Below are positions 10,653 through 20,966 of a DNA stretch of 64,000 nucleotides, piece by piece. Numbering within the stretch: position 1 is the first letter of the stretch; every line of letters starts with the position of its first letter. This DNA comes from an uncultured Bdellovibrionales bacterium (GTDB lineage Bacteria > Patescibacteriota > Minisyncoccia > Moranbacterales > JAKLHP01): assembly GCA_964440305.1 (NCBI GenBank), contig CAYTRS010000002.1, forward strand, positions 4,048-68,047, written 5' to 3'. The notes beneath the pieces are model-generated. The model saw only the letters and a list, made by a program, of their open reading frames with translations, had not been told where the DNA came from and did no database searches. The translations under genes and the position numbers were made by a program.

Positions 10653-10700
10653 AGCATTGTGTTTTTAATTAATCATGATCGTTCAATCGTGATCGATTCG

Positions 10701-11135
10701 CTAAAATTTAGCCTGCTTGCTTTTTGACTTTTCTTTTGTTCTTGCTTCCGTTCCCGCTGATGATTCCGATCCTTCTTCCCTGCCTTTAATTTCCATTTCC
10801 CGACGTTTTAAATCTTCTTCCTTGGCTTTCAACTCGGATTCTCGCTCGGCAAGCGATTTTGTGACGAGAGCTGAAGTTACTTCCTTCGTAACCTCCTGAT
10901 AATCGATGCCGGCGAACGAAGAATTTTCCAGAAATTCCTGTTCCTGCGGATCTTTGGTTTCATAAATGCCGTTTTTGAATTCAATTGTTTTTCCTGGACG
11001 CGTTATTGCGATTCCATTGATAACTTCTGTCACAGTGGGAAGCATCACAATGCTATAGTGCTGGCCATAACGCGTTGCAAAACGCTTGGCCGTTGTTTTT
11101 GATTTTTCGGGCACTGATGTTTTTGTCTTTGCCAT
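10701..11135 (-). CDS. Hypothetical phage protein downstream of the capsid gene
   Basis: 144 aa with IEFKNGIYETKD and a coiled-coil tail. Confidence 0.6.
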   Translation of the reverse strand: MAKTKTSVPEKSKTTAKRFATRYGQHYSIVMLPTVTEVINGIAITRPGKTIEFKNGIYETKDPQEQEFLENSSFAGIDYQEVTKEVTSALVTKSLAERESELKAKEEDLKRREMEIKGREEGSESSAGTEARTKEKSKSKQAKF

Positions 11136-11215
11136 ACAAATTAGTTGCTATTTTTTTCTATTAATTAATCGCGGGTCGACCTTATATCCCGCGAAAACCC
11201 TCAAGGGCTTTCCAT

Positions 11216-11254
11216 TCGGTCAGGCGGGTTTGGAAAGCATGCCCGCCCGACCGA
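11216..11254 (-). terminator. GC-rich hairpin after the major capsid gene (terminator or processing site)
   Basis: Minus-strand stem UCGGUCGGGCGGG/CCCGCCUGACCGA with one G-U pair; no clear U tail. Confidence 0.5.
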
Positions 11255-11279
11255 AACTTGAAGGATTATCGAAAAACTC

Positions 11280-12458
11280 TTAGGCAAACTTAACAACTGC
11301 ATGTCGCTCCGGTTGCTCAAGTTGAAGTCCGCATTCCGTCAAATACTCATTGATGTTGGAATCTTCACCAGGCGCCTGTCTGTTTGTGAGAAGTTTCGTA
11401 TCACGATTTGAAAGATATCTGTATGTCAAAGCTTCCATATCCAATCCCACTGCGCTTTTGCCGTACAAATCCCCAGAAAGCAGATCATGCTTAATAATAT
11501 TGAGCGTTCCATGCGGAGAAAAGTATTTGATGATACTGAGCCCGAAGGTTTTCTCTCCCTGCAGAATTTGAAGTTTATCGTGCGCGAAACTGCCGATCTT
11601 ATCTACGACATATCCGGAAGCGAGAAGGTATTTTTCAGAATTTCCATGTGCGAACAAAGTCCTGAGATATCCGTTGAAATCATCGCGTGTCGTCACATTC
11701 GATACTACCTGAGAAATTCTTTGAAAAATTCCGCCAGTGAACCGTTTCGGATGAACACCGCTCATAATAAGTTCTTTCTTACCGAACATGAAAGCACGCT
11801 CCACATCGACTAAATGCTCAATACCCTTTTTTCGGGTTTGATAATCGAAATCACTTTCCTTTGTCCATCCCGTAGTATTGCGCGCGGTTTCAGTGATACC
11901 GATAGTAGTTCGAAAAATTTGGCAATAATTAAGAGCTTCTGCGATGGCCGTAGCCTTTATTTCCCGAATGCTCGCACCTTCCTCGTTGGCATTTCCAATG
12001 ATCCAGATAATATCATTTTGTTGAAGCAATCCTCCACCCAATGCGCTGTCTCCGACTTGGCGCGCCAGTGTCAATGTGTTGGTGTTTACGGCCGTAACAA
12101 GCATAACTTCGCCCGTCGGATTGCTTGTGCCCTGAGTTGACTTCACGCATAACAAAACGTCACCGACACTGAAGTATGATCCATTGGTCACGGCCAGTGA
12201 AGTCGCTCCACCTTGATTGCTTGCCACTATATCCTCGCGTGCTCCGAATTTATCCTCGAACCACTTGAATTCCGGATCTGTCGTTTCTTTTTTCTTAAGT
12301 GCATCGCCTTGCTTTGTCACAGGATCCTTGCCCGCATTCGTGAGAATGGCGAGCATCGGATAGCGAGCCACATCAAGAAGCGAAATTACATCAGCCACGT
12401 CATATTTGCGTGTGGCGCCAAGATTTGCTGTTCCCCTTATTCCATTTGCTGAAGGCAT
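11280..12458 (-). CDS. Major capsid protein (DUF5309/SU10-like)
   Basis: 392 aa with FKWFED, NYCQIFRTTIGITETA, VERAFMFG and RFTGGI motifs; follows a scaffold-like gene. Confidence 0.85.
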   Translation of the reverse strand: MPSANGIRGTANLGATRKYDVADVISLLDVARYPMLAILTNAGKDPVTKQGDALKKKETTDPEFKWFEDKFGAREDIVASNQGGATSLAVTNGSYFSVGDVLLCVKSTQGTSNPTGEVMLVTAVNTNTLTLARQVGDSALGGGLLQQNDIIWIIGNANEEGASIREIKATAIAEALNYCQIFRTTIGITETARNTTGWTKESDFDYQTRKKGIEHLVDVERAFMFGKKELIMSGVHPKRFTGGIFQRISQVVSNVTTRDDFNGYLRTLFAHGNSEKYLLASGYVVDKIGSFAHDKLQILQGEKTFGLSIIKYFSPHGTLNIIKHDLLSGDLYGKSAVGLDMEALTYRYLSNRDTKLLTNRQAPGEDSNINEYLTECGLQLEQPERHAVVKFA

Positions 12459-12512
12459 ATGTTTTTGTATTATTTTAAATTAATTAGTAGGAGGATTCGA
12501 CCTGTTTTGAGG

Positions 12513-13427
12513 TTAGACCCCCAAACCTCCCAAGGGACCTTTTGACCCGCTTGTTCCGAAGATTTCTTCGAGGCGGCGTTCTTCCGCGCCCTTGTCTTCG
12601 CCCGGCGAGGTCGGAGCACCCGCTCCTCTCTCAACTTGTGCTTTGGCTTTCTTTAGTCGAATCTTCTCGGTATCGGTAACTTTCGTTTCCCCTTTAACCT
12701 TTCCCGCAAATTCATCCACCTTCGCGCATGCGTCTTTCAATGATATGACCGTTCCTTTTTGAGAGGCGGTATCAATCAGCGACAGCACCAACTCCCTATA
12801 TTCCGGACTGGTTTTTAGAAGCGGATGGTCCTTCTGTGCCTCTCTTATTTCCTGGGTAACAGAATCCCGCATCTGACTTCGCGTATCATAAGTGTTGCTC
12901 ACCATATTTCTTACGGTCACAACCATCCACTCGGCAAATTGCCTAGGTGTCATTTTAGACAACTCTTCATCCGAAGGCACATTGACGCCGTCTCCCAAAT
13001 TTTCATCCTCTTTATCTTTGCTTTTTTTATCTTCAGAATTGGGAGATTTTATTTTGGTTAACGGCTTGTCATCAAGTTCTTCATACATTCGGATCACTTC
13101 TTCACGGCTTTTGCCGTGCCACTTATCTTTTTTATCAGGTGCTTCGCCTTCTTTGTCCTCTTCATCGCCGTCTTCATTTTCGTGATCTTCTGTTCCCTTG
13201 TCAGATTCATCTTCCTCATCATCCTCTTTTGATTTTTCCTTTTCGTCGTTTTTTCCGTCTTCTTCCTCGTCTTCATTTTTATTTTCTTTCGTTTCTGTTT
13301 CAGATTTTTTTATTTCATCATCTTTGGATTTCTCATCAATCTCCTCTTTATTTTCCTTGCCGTCTTTTTCCTCTTCCAAGTTTGTGTTGAGGAGCGTATC
13401 AAGCTCCTTTTTTCTATCTTTATTCAT
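12513..13427 (-). CDS. Capsid scaffolding protein
   Basis: Very acidic low-complexity N-terminus, KWHGKSREEVIRMYEEL motif, located between portal and capsid genes. Confidence 0.7.
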   Translation of the reverse strand: MNKDRKKELDTLLNTNLEEEKDGKENKEEIDEKSKDDEIKKSETETKENKNEDEEEDGKNDEKEKSKEDDEEDESDKGTEDHENEDGDEEDKEGEAPDKKDKWHGKSREEVIRMYEELDDKPLTKIKSPNSEDKKSKDKEDENLGDGVNVPSDEELSKMTPRQFAEWMVVTVRNMVSNTYDTRSQMRDSVTQEIREAQKDHPLLKTSPEYRELVLSLIDTASQKGTVISLKDACAKVDEFAGKVKGETKVTDTEKIRLKKAKAQVERGAGAPTSPGEDKGAEERRLEEIFGTSGSKGPLGGLGV

Positions 13428-13514
13428 AAAGCGCTTTTATTAAATTTATATTTTTTATTAATTAATTGGGATCGACCTTGTTCCAATATTCTTATTTTTT
13501 TGCAGGCTGCAGCG

Positions 13515-13793
13515 CTACTCCCTATTCATCTCGTCTGCCGCTTCGTCCTTTTCGCGAACTGCGAATTCAACCATTGTGAGAACTTTCTCATAAGCATTCG
13601 CATTGGCGCGATGCTGAAGATACTCAGAGGCAATTTCCCCGTCTGTTTTGCTGGCAATATCAAATCCTCTAAGTTCCACGTATTCAATCGCCAGTTCCTC
13701 GCGAATCCTCCCTTCCAGCCACTTCCAACCGGAAGTTCTTATCATCTCCAATACCGCCAATCCCGTTTCGAATTTTTCTTCATTGGTCTGCAT
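13515..13793 (-). CDS. Small portal-associated phage protein
   Basis: 92 aa, EMIRTSGWKWL motif of small genes that follow portals. Confidence 0.55.
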   Translation of the reverse strand: MQTNEEKFETGLAVLEMIRTSGWKWLEGRIREELAIEYVELRGFDIASKTDGEIASEYLQHRANANAYEKVLTMVEFAVREKDEAADEMNRE

Positions 13794-13799
13794 AATATT

Positions 13800-14150
13800 T
13801 TATTGCGCTTCTTCCTTAGAATTAGGCTCCGGCTCAGCTGGCAGATCCATCTGAGGACCGCCATAAAGACCGCCTAGTCCCGCACCATTTCCTTCATTGG
13901 CCAGTAAGTCCTGAAAGGTCGCCGCCATGCTCTCGACCACATCATGGAAGCTTGATTTTCCGGACTGATATATTTCTCTTGCGGCGCTCACGATACTTTC
14001 GATTTTTTTCCATTGCACATCCTCATCTTCTTCATTTGCATTATCGGATTTTTGCTTTTTGAGACCGATCTTTTTTTCAACCTCCTGATCCGCGCTTTCA
14101 TCTGCGTTTTCATCAATGACTCCTTTTTCTTTTATTGATTTTGTTTCCAT
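13800..14150 (-). CDS. Hypothetical acidic phage protein
   Basis: 116 aa ORF within the operon. Confidence 0.55.
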   Translation of the reverse strand: METKSIKEKGVIDENADESADQEVEKKIGLKKQKSDNANEEDEDVQWKKIESIVSAAREIYQSGKSSFHDVVESMAATFQDLLANEGNGAGLGGLYGGPQMDLPAEPEPNSKEEAQ

Positions 14151-14170
14151 ACGAATATTTATAAGATTAA

Positions 14171-14371
14171 TTATGATTTGGATTCTATATTTTCAAGCGT
14201 GATTTTGAGCTTGTATCCCAAATCTATTTTGGAAGACTCTTCACGAGAAAGGTAAACTGTATGCACTCGCCCCTGGTCTTCCTGCAGCGACACGATGCAA
14301 TCACTTCCGCTGAGCGTTTTGCTCAATACGGTAACCGCAACGGACTTTGTCAGGGAATTTATTTTCGCCAT
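14171..14371 (-). CDS. Small hypothetical phage protein
   Basis: 66 aa ORF immediately after the portal gene. Confidence 0.5.
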   Translation of the reverse strand: MAKINSLTKSVAVTVLSKTLSGSDCIVSLQEDQGRVHTVYLSREESSKIDLGYKLKITLENIESKS

Positions 14372-14382
14372 AAATTTATTTT

Positions 14383-16242
14383 TTATTTTATTTTTGATCC
14401 TATAAATGGAATGCGAGACAATACTTTTTTTATAAAACTTGGCTGCGATTGCGGTAGCGTGGGCAGCGATTTTTCAGGCAAGGCCTCCACTTCGGCTGCG
14501 ACGGGCGATTCTTCTGATTTTCTTTCTGTCTGATTTTGTGCCGGCTCCTCCTTTTCTTCGCCGAGGAGTATTGCCCGATAAGCGTCCTTGTCCATTTCCT
14601 CGAGAATCATTTCCTGTATCACTCGCTTGCGTTTTTTCCATTGCTTCAATTCATCGATATTATCTGGATCCGGCTTATCCTGAGCCACTAATTTATCATA
14701 GAGAAGCAGTGTTTGATTCAATCTCATTTGCTGATCCGGCGGCACAACCGGATCAACCGCCACTACGGCATCCACTTTTATTTCCTTATCCGATGATGTA
14801 AATTCCTTGAAACTTACATCATCTCCGACTACGCGATAAAGCTTATCTTCTTCGATAAATTCCTGATTCATTTCAATCAGAATGTTTGCCAGCCTAGTGA
14901 GTGTTTCCGAAAGATTTTGAGCGAATGAGCTCAAGCGCAGATTGCTTTGGCCGATGAGCATTGCCACTTTGCCAAGCGATTCAGTGGATGATTTCGGCAC
15001 GCCTTGGACATATTCGGAAATGGCAAGCGTCTTTTCAATCTCGTCATGGAGCATCCTTTCTTCGTTCACTCCCATAAGAGAAATGTCAGGCAAGCGTTCA
15101 ACCACCACATCATCCATTTTGCGAAGCTCCCATTTTGCGCCGGGAGCGAAAATAATATCGTTTTTTGAGATGCCGGAATCTTTGCGGATTTTAATGACCG
15201 GATCAAGCATCAAAATGACATCATCCATGCGTTGATTCCTGAGATCGGCAATTTCCACGATAGTCGTCTCAACCGGTTCGATATGCCCGATAGCCCACAG
15301 TTCCCAGTTCACCTCATGATCATAAAGATTCAGAAAAATACGGCCGTGATTTACTTCTTGATAGGGATTTTCGTCATTACGCATCAAAATTTCACGGTTG
15401 CCGATCGTAATTAGTTTTCCCTCCTCGAAGTCGTAGCATTCCCATACCTCAATCAGCTTTTCCCGTTCATATTTTTCGCTTGAAACTTTAATGACAGAAT
15501 CGCCTTGCGCGCCTGATCCAGTGCTCTGAATTTGTCCCATCTTTTTGATATTGATGTCATAGCGCTCTTGTTTCCAATCCTCAATCTGCTTCGGCTGAAG
15601 TAAATTTATATTTTTATAAAGAGCATTCTCACCGCGAGCTTTTTCCTCGCGCTCGATCTTTTCCTTTGACTTAAGAACGCGCCGGATGAGCCAAGGGCAA
15701 TCTTCTTCCAAATCTTCAGTTTCGGGAGCGGGCAAAATGTCCCACAGGTCGCAAATCGCAAGAAATGGGTCGTCATGATCGACACTCTCGTCGGTAAGCC
15801 AAGTCACCATAGCGATGCCATTGCCGAAAGTTATCGCCGATTTCACCCACCGCGGAAGCTTTTTTTGGAGCTTCATAATGTCGAAATCATAATTGACAAG
15901 GTCATCCCACGCCTGAATCGATTTCGAATCAACATCTTTTTTCTCGCGTGGAAGTATTCTGGTCTTGCGCTTTGCCGTTACCATGCGGGAGGCCACTGTC
16001 TCCACGATCTGAAATGCAATCGGCGGCATAAGGCGTGTCTGATAGGCATAGTTCACTTTTTCCTGGTAAGCGCGATACAGTTTGTACATGCGAAGCCATT
16101 TTGCGCGATATGGGCGCAAATATGTCTCAGCCCGATTAAACCTCTTTTTCCATTTTTCAATGAGCGCCAATTCGTCGCTGGACGGAAGATATGTTTCATT
16201 GCCTGAAACCCCATCTTTTATTTGTTCATTTGATACCGCCAT
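14383..16242 (-). CDS. Portal protein (P22/SU10-like podoviral type)
   Basis: 619 aa with WLRMYKLY, AITFGNGIAMVTW, IEVWECY, NQRMDDVILMLDP and ISEYVQG; first gene of the head module. Confidence 0.85.
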   Translation of the reverse strand: MAVSNEQIKDGVSGNETYLPSSDELALIEKWKKRFNRAETYLRPYRAKWLRMYKLYRAYQEKVNYAYQTRLMPPIAFQIVETVASRMVTAKRKTRILPREKKDVDSKSIQAWDDLVNYDFDIMKLQKKLPRWVKSAITFGNGIAMVTWLTDESVDHDDPFLAICDLWDILPAPETEDLEEDCPWLIRRVLKSKEKIEREEKARGENALYKNINLLQPKQIEDWKQERYDINIKKMGQIQSTGSGAQGDSVIKVSSEKYEREKLIEVWECYDFEEGKLITIGNREILMRNDENPYQEVNHGRIFLNLYDHEVNWELWAIGHIEPVETTIVEIADLRNQRMDDVILMLDPVIKIRKDSGISKNDIIFAPGAKWELRKMDDVVVERLPDISLMGVNEERMLHDEIEKTLAISEYVQGVPKSSTESLGKVAMLIGQSNLRLSSFAQNLSETLTRLANILIEMNQEFIEEDKLYRVVGDDVSFKEFTSSDKEIKVDAVVAVDPVVPPDQQMRLNQTLLLYDKLVAQDKPDPDNIDELKQWKKRKRVIQEMILEEMDKDAYRAILLGEEKEEPAQNQTERKSEESPVAAEVEALPEKSLPTLPQSQPSFIKKVLSRIPFIGSKIK

Positions 16243-16525
16243 AATAAAAATAAAATAAGCCGAACCCTTTTAAGAGCTCGGCCTAGTTATTTTCAAGTCG
16301 TGCACATATCGCATCAATGCAAGGCCGAAGCCATAAAAGGATACGGTACTTTTTTTGGCGTCCGCTGACCAAACAAAAAACGAGACTACCACTTCGTGCC
16401 ATCAAAATCCGACCATTGAATTTGGTCAAAAGATTATTGATAACAGAAGTCGTAGCCCCGTCTCGTTTAGTTCCGATAAATCGGAACGCCGTCAGGCGAT
16501 TGCTTTCTGCATTTTTTGTATTTTT

Positions 16526-16554
16526 ATTTTAACAAATGTGATTTAAGCTGTCAA
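16526..16554 (-). promoter_or_regulatory. Sigma70 promoter for the portal/virion operon
   Basis: TTGACA-N17-TAAAAT on the minus strand, ~285 nt upstream of the portal ATG. Confidence 0.75.
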
Positions 16555-16568
16555 TGTCCATTTGATCA

Positions 16569-16835
16569 TTATTCCAAATCTTTCTTCATTTTTTCAAAAT
16601 CTTCTTTGGATATTTCTCCTTTGGCATAACGTTCTTTAAGAATATCCAGAGCGGTATTGCTTTTGTGTCCGTGTTCATCGTGATGATGCCCACCCCAACA
16701 GCCGTGTCCTCCCGCACCACGCACCAAGGCAACAATTCCCCAGATAATCAACCCCCAAAAGACCAACATAAAAATCCAGCCAAAGCCGAAACCTCCACCC
16801 CAGCCCATCATATTGCCCCAAGAATTCCACATCAT
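16569..16835 (-). CDS. SHOCT-domain membrane protein
   Basis: Gly/Met-rich N-terminus, one TM helix, His-rich linker, [26 protein letters not shown]. Confidence 0.85.
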   Translation of the reverse strand: MMWNSWGNMMGWGGGFGFGWIFMLVFWGLIIWGIVALVRGAGGHGCWGGHHHDEHGHKSNTALDILKERYAKGEISKEDFEKMKKDLE

Positions 16836-16904
16836 ATATTTTTCTTAGATAAAACCCAGTGCCGATTCGCACTTTGCCAATAGTAATACGATTTATTCCT
16901 GCCT

Positions 16905-17335
16905 TTATTTCATTTGACTGACCGCATATCTTCTAGTAACAAAAGCGGCCAATGGAGTCAGGATTGTCAATTGCAAAACTGGAATCAAGCCAACTTTTGT
17001 ATACAGAATTATTGGCATAATCTCACTGTATTTCCATCTACCAGTTGTAGGGGCATATTTTTCCACAATAACGGAAAAATGAATCCTAAAATTGTCGCCA
17101 GCACTAATGGCATTGCCTTATTTTTTACAATCCAACACACATCTCTTAAGAGTAATCTCATAAGAGCATAGATAATGAGAAAAATAATCACATCACCCAC
17201 TGTTGCTTTCAGATGGACAGAAACTGAATTCAATACGCCGTTGAAATGAGGTTCGTACAGTCCAGTCTGACTCACCTCCCAAATAAAATTAAGGATGAAT
17301 GAAATAACCAAATAGAAGATGGCGGTTTTTTTCAT
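16905..17335 (-). pseudogene. Frameshifted small membrane protein
   Basis: The ORF at 17009-17335 loses membrane-protein character near 17075. Another frame continues VEKYAPTTGRWKYSEIMPIILYTKVGLIPVLQLTILTPLAAF to TAA at 16905. The switch falls at an A5 run, so a sequencing error is possible. Confidence 0.6.
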
Positions 17336-17339
17336 CTAG

Positions 17340-19391
17340 CTATTTGTTAACTTTCAGCATCTTGGCATTTATCGCCACAATTACCGTGGAAAGGGACATA
17401 AAAATAGCTCCCACCGCTGGGGAAAGCAAAATTCCGGAACCTGCCAAAACTCCTGCTGCCAAAGGAATGGCGATGACATTGTAGCCTGTCGCCCAAGCCA
17501 GATTCTGAACCATTTTTTTGTAAGTGGCTTTGCCAAAAAGGACCAGCGACGCAATATCTTTCGGATTGCTGTTTACTAAAATTATATCCGCAGTTTCGGC
17601 GGCAATATCTGTTCCCGAACCGATAGCTATTCCCACATTGGCTTGAGCCAGAGCTGGAGCATCATTGATGCCGTCTCCCACCATTGCCACAAATTCGCCT
17701 TTGGCCTGAAGTTCTTTAACTTTCTCTTGTTTTTGATGAGGCAAAACTCCAGCAAAATATCCGTCCAGTTTTAATGCTTCCGCCACGCTTTTAGCCGAAC
17801 TTTCATTATCGCCAGTGAGCATCCACATCTTAATACCCTCTCTCCGGAGTAGTTTAACAGCATCATAAGACTCGTCTCGGATTGTATCAGAGAGATTCAA
17901 GGCACCAACCAAATTTAATCCGTTATTTTCAACCACCACAAATATCATTGTTCCCTCCACCTGATTCAATAAATCTGGGACGAATAATCCAAGTTCTTTC
18001 AGGTAGCCAGGACTGGCAACTATTATTTTTTTATTGTCCTCCATCGCTTCTATACCCTTGCCTTTAATTGCTTTGAAACTGGTCACTTCCAGTTTTCTAA
18101 TTTTCCTATTTTCCGCTTCGGCAATTATCGCTCTGGCAATGGGGTGTTCGGAGTTTTGTTCCAAGGCTGAAGCGATTTGTAAAATTTTGTTTTCACTGTA
18201 ATTATTACCCAAAGCATAAATTTTCTTTACGCTGAAAGTTCCTTTGGTGAGCGTCCCGGTCTTGTCAAAAATTATTGTCGTAATTTTTCTGGAATTTTCA
18301 AAGGCCGTTCTGTTTCTGATTAAGAGTCCGTTTTGAGCCGATAAGGCTGTGGAGATCGCCACGACCAATGGTACCGCTAATCCCAAAGCGTGAGGACAAG
18401 CGATAATAAGGACAGTAGCTGTTCGCTCAATGGCGAAAGCGATATTTTCGCCCAAAGCAAGCCAAGTTATGAACGTTATCGTGCCAATAGTGATGGCAAT
18501 AAGCGTGAGCCAAAAGGCTGCCTTGTCAGCCAAGAGTTGTGTTTTGGATTTTGAGGATTGAGCGTCTTTGACTAGTTTAATTACTTTAGAAAGATAAGCT
18601 TCCTCACCCACTCCTTCCACTCGTATTTCCAACGATCCTTCTTCCGTGATAGAGCCGCCAATAACTTTTGAACCTGTTTCCTTGGAGACCGGCTTGGCTT
18701 CGCCAGTAAGCATTGATTCATTCACGAAGCTCTCGCCCTTAACCACTATTCCATCTGTTGGAATTTTTTCGCCGGATTTTACTAGAATTATGTCGCCTTT
18801 TTTGAGTTCGCTCACATTCACCTCAACTATTTCACTGTCATTTTTCAAATGAGCTTTGTCTGGAATAAGAGCCGAAAGTTTTTCCAGTGCCATTGACGCA
18901 CCCATTACCGACCTCATTTCCAGCCAGTGCCCTAAAAGCATAATATCAATCAGCGTTGCCAGCTCCCAAAAAAATACTTCGCCCTTGAGTCCGAAAGTCA
19001 CCGCCGAACTATATAGATATGCCACAACGATAGCTAGTGAAATGAGGGTCATCATTCCTAGCGCCTTATTCTTAATTTCACTTAATGCTCCAATAAGAAA
19101 TGGACTGCCTCCAAAGAAAAATATAAAGGATGAAATTAAAAACAAGACCCACTGATCGCCTGGAAACTCAATAGAAATTCCCAATAATCCCTGAATAAAA
19201 GGTGAGAGAAGCAGGATTGGCAAAGTCAGAATAAGAGAAATATAAAATTTCCTTTTGAAATTTTCAATAGAATGCCCCGCGTGCTTATTATATCCGGCTT
19301 GATGATTGTGATCTGCATCTTTGTTGTACTCCATTCCGGCCATATTATGTATAGAATGATCCACCTGTTCGTGATTGTGATTATGTTCCAT
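17340..19391 (-). CDS. copB: Copper-translocating P1B-type ATPase
   Basis: His-rich N-terminus, TGE, CPHALGLA, DKTGTLT, GDGINDAPAL, YN and MSLST motifs. Confidence 0.9.
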   Translation of the reverse strand: MEHNHNHEQVDHSIHNMAGMEYNKDADHNHQAGYNKHAGHSIENFKRKFYISLILTLPILLLSPFIQGLLGISIEFPGDQWVLFLISSFIFFFGGSPFLIGALSEIKNKALGMMTLISLAIVVAYLYSSAVTFGLKGEVFFWELATLIDIMLLGHWLEMRSVMGASMALEKLSALIPDKAHLKNDSEIVEVNVSELKKGDIILVKSGEKIPTDGIVVKGESFVNESMLTGEAKPVSKETGSKVIGGSITEEGSLEIRVEGVGEEAYLSKVIKLVKDAQSSKSKTQLLADKAAFWLTLIAITIGTITFITWLALGENIAFAIERTATVLIIACPHALGLAVPLVVAISTALSAQNGLLIRNRTAFENSRKITTIIFDKTGTLTKGTFSVKKIYALGNNYSENKILQIASALEQNSEHPIARAIIAEAENRKIRKLEVTSFKAIKGKGIEAMEDNKKIIVASPGYLKELGLFVPDLLNQVEGTMIFVVVENNGLNLVGALNLSDTIRDESYDAVKLLRREGIKMWMLTGDNESSAKSVAEALKLDGYFAGVLPHQKQEKVKELQAKGEFVAMVGDGINDAPALAQANVGIAIGSGTDIAAETADIILVNSNPKDIASLVLFGKATYKKMVQNLAWATGYNVIAIPLAAGVLAGSGILLSPAVGAIFMSLSTVIVAINAKMLKVNK

Positions 19392-19463
19392 GATATTTAG
19401 TTTTAATATTTTCCAGTTTTAGTAATTATACCACAGCGGAACGGAGCAGATTGAGAAAAAACA

Positions 19464-20447
19464 TTACTTTAAATACTTCTCTATATTTGCCTGGTGTTCT
19501 TTAAAAGTTTTCACGCAATGGATTCGCCGATTATTATCGTGAAGATAGTACAAGCAATCCGTTTCGACGGGGTGCAGAACCGCTTCAATCGCCGCAAGAC
19601 TAGGGTTGTCGATTGGATGAGGAGGCAGTCCTTTATTTTTATATGTGTTATACGAAGAATTAATATTTTTTATATCTTCAGCCTTGATTGGCGCCCACCA
19701 GCCAGTATCGGTTTTTCCTCTGGCATACTGAACAGTTGCGTCTATTTCCAAATTCATTCCATCATTAAGTCTATTCCAAATTATTCCGGCAATGAGGGGC
19801 ATATCATCCTTTCCAGCCGCTTCCCGTTGAATGATTGACGCGAGTTTGAGTCCCGTCGTCCACACAATATTTTGCTCAGCAAACTGGCCGATATAGGGAG
19901 CGAATTTTTCATCAAAATTTCTTGTCATTCGCTCAGCGATTTTAAATCCACCTTCATTAACCGGAATAAGATAGGTATCGGGGAAATATGTTCCTTCAAT
20001 ATAATCTATCCTCATTTTGGTATATTCCGTATTCCATTTATCAATTTCTTCATTGCTCCAACCAAATGTATCTGCCAGTTTTTCGCCAATCTGTTCCTTT
20101 CTCCATCCTTCCGGAATCACCACCCATTTCATATCAGGATTATCAGTCAGTTTCTCTGCCAACTGCCAAGCATCCATATTTTTGGATATATTATAACCGC
20201 CCGGCTGTATCGCATCGTGCTTTCGATTGATGGACAACACGAAATTAAAAGCAGGCTTATTTCTTATGAACCCTTGGCTTTTTAGTTTATCCAAAATTTG
20301 CGCTTCATCCTGTTTTAATCCCACTGTAAAAACTTCGTTTTTTTCCTGTACTTGGGGTGCAGCAAAAAATAAACGCTGCGCCACAAATAAGACCGCAACA
20401 AAAATTATGCCCACTCCCAGAATTATACCGATTTTTTTCTTAGTCAT
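19464..20447 (-). CDS. mltG: Endolytic transglycosylase MltG (YceG family)
   Basis: N-terminal TM helix, IPEGWR, EGTYFPDTY, LASIIQRE, LEIDATVQY, SYNTYKNKGLPPHPI. Confidence 0.9.
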   Translation of the reverse strand: MTKKKIGIILGVGIIFVAVLFVAQRLFFAAPQVQEKNEVFTVGLKQDEAQILDKLKSQGFIRNKPAFNFVLSINRKHDAIQPGGYNISKNMDAWQLAEKLTDNPDMKWVVIPEGWRKEQIGEKLADTFGWSNEEIDKWNTEYTKMRIDYIEGTYFPDTYLIPVNEGGFKIAERMTRNFDEKFAPYIGQFAEQNIVWTTGLKLASIIQREAAGKDDMPLIAGIIWNRLNDGMNLEIDATVQYARGKTDTGWWAPIKAEDIKNINSSYNTYKNKGLPPHPIDNPSLAAIEAVLHPVETDCLYYLHDNNRRIHCVKTFKEHQANIEKYLK

Positions 20448-20703
20448 ATATCAAGTTTCTCATAAATGACCCTTCCAGTCAAAACGAATGCTGCTGTTTC
20501 TGACACTTGCGCGCAGTGGATAACTAAATGCTTGCAAAAAAATTACTGTGATTTTATGGCTTTAATATGCCAAATATCTGATTGAAAATATCCTTCCAAT
20601 AGCTCCATTCTTCTTACTTGACTTTACCTTTCAACTATCCTAACATCCGGACACTTCGGAGAAGTGGTGCCTATCGCCAAGCGGTTCAAAAAATTAACCA
20701 AAA

Positions 20704-20748
20704 CTGCACGGCGTCTTTACAGAAACTTTACCGGCATTATTTTATACT
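20704..20748 (+). promoter_or_regulatory. Direct-repeat regulator boxes plus -10 element
   Basis: CTGCAC (20704), CTTTAC (20715), CTTTAC (20726) at 11-bp period, then TATACT at 20743. Confidence 0.6.
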
Positions 20749-20966
20749 GAAGTCACTAATTCAAGATTTGCGCGTTTGATCCATACGGCTATTTGGATGC
20801 CAGCCTGCAACAGCCCGCGATTCGATTGAGCTCATCGAAATCCGGCAAGCAGGTTTAAAAATCAGAGTCGCTTCAAAACAATGCGACTAAAAAATAAACT
20901 GATATTGGCGTCTGAATATCTCGAATGGAAAAATGCGCAAGTCGCATAATAATTAAAGTATTGCAT

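Larger units (their letters stand above)
1..16242 (-). mobile_element. Prophage virion morphogenesis block (podovirus-like), continues beyond the left edge
   Basis: Co-oriented, tightly packed portal, scaffold, major capsid, amidase, tail and internal-protein genes; no tape measure or sheath gene seen. Confidence 0.9.
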
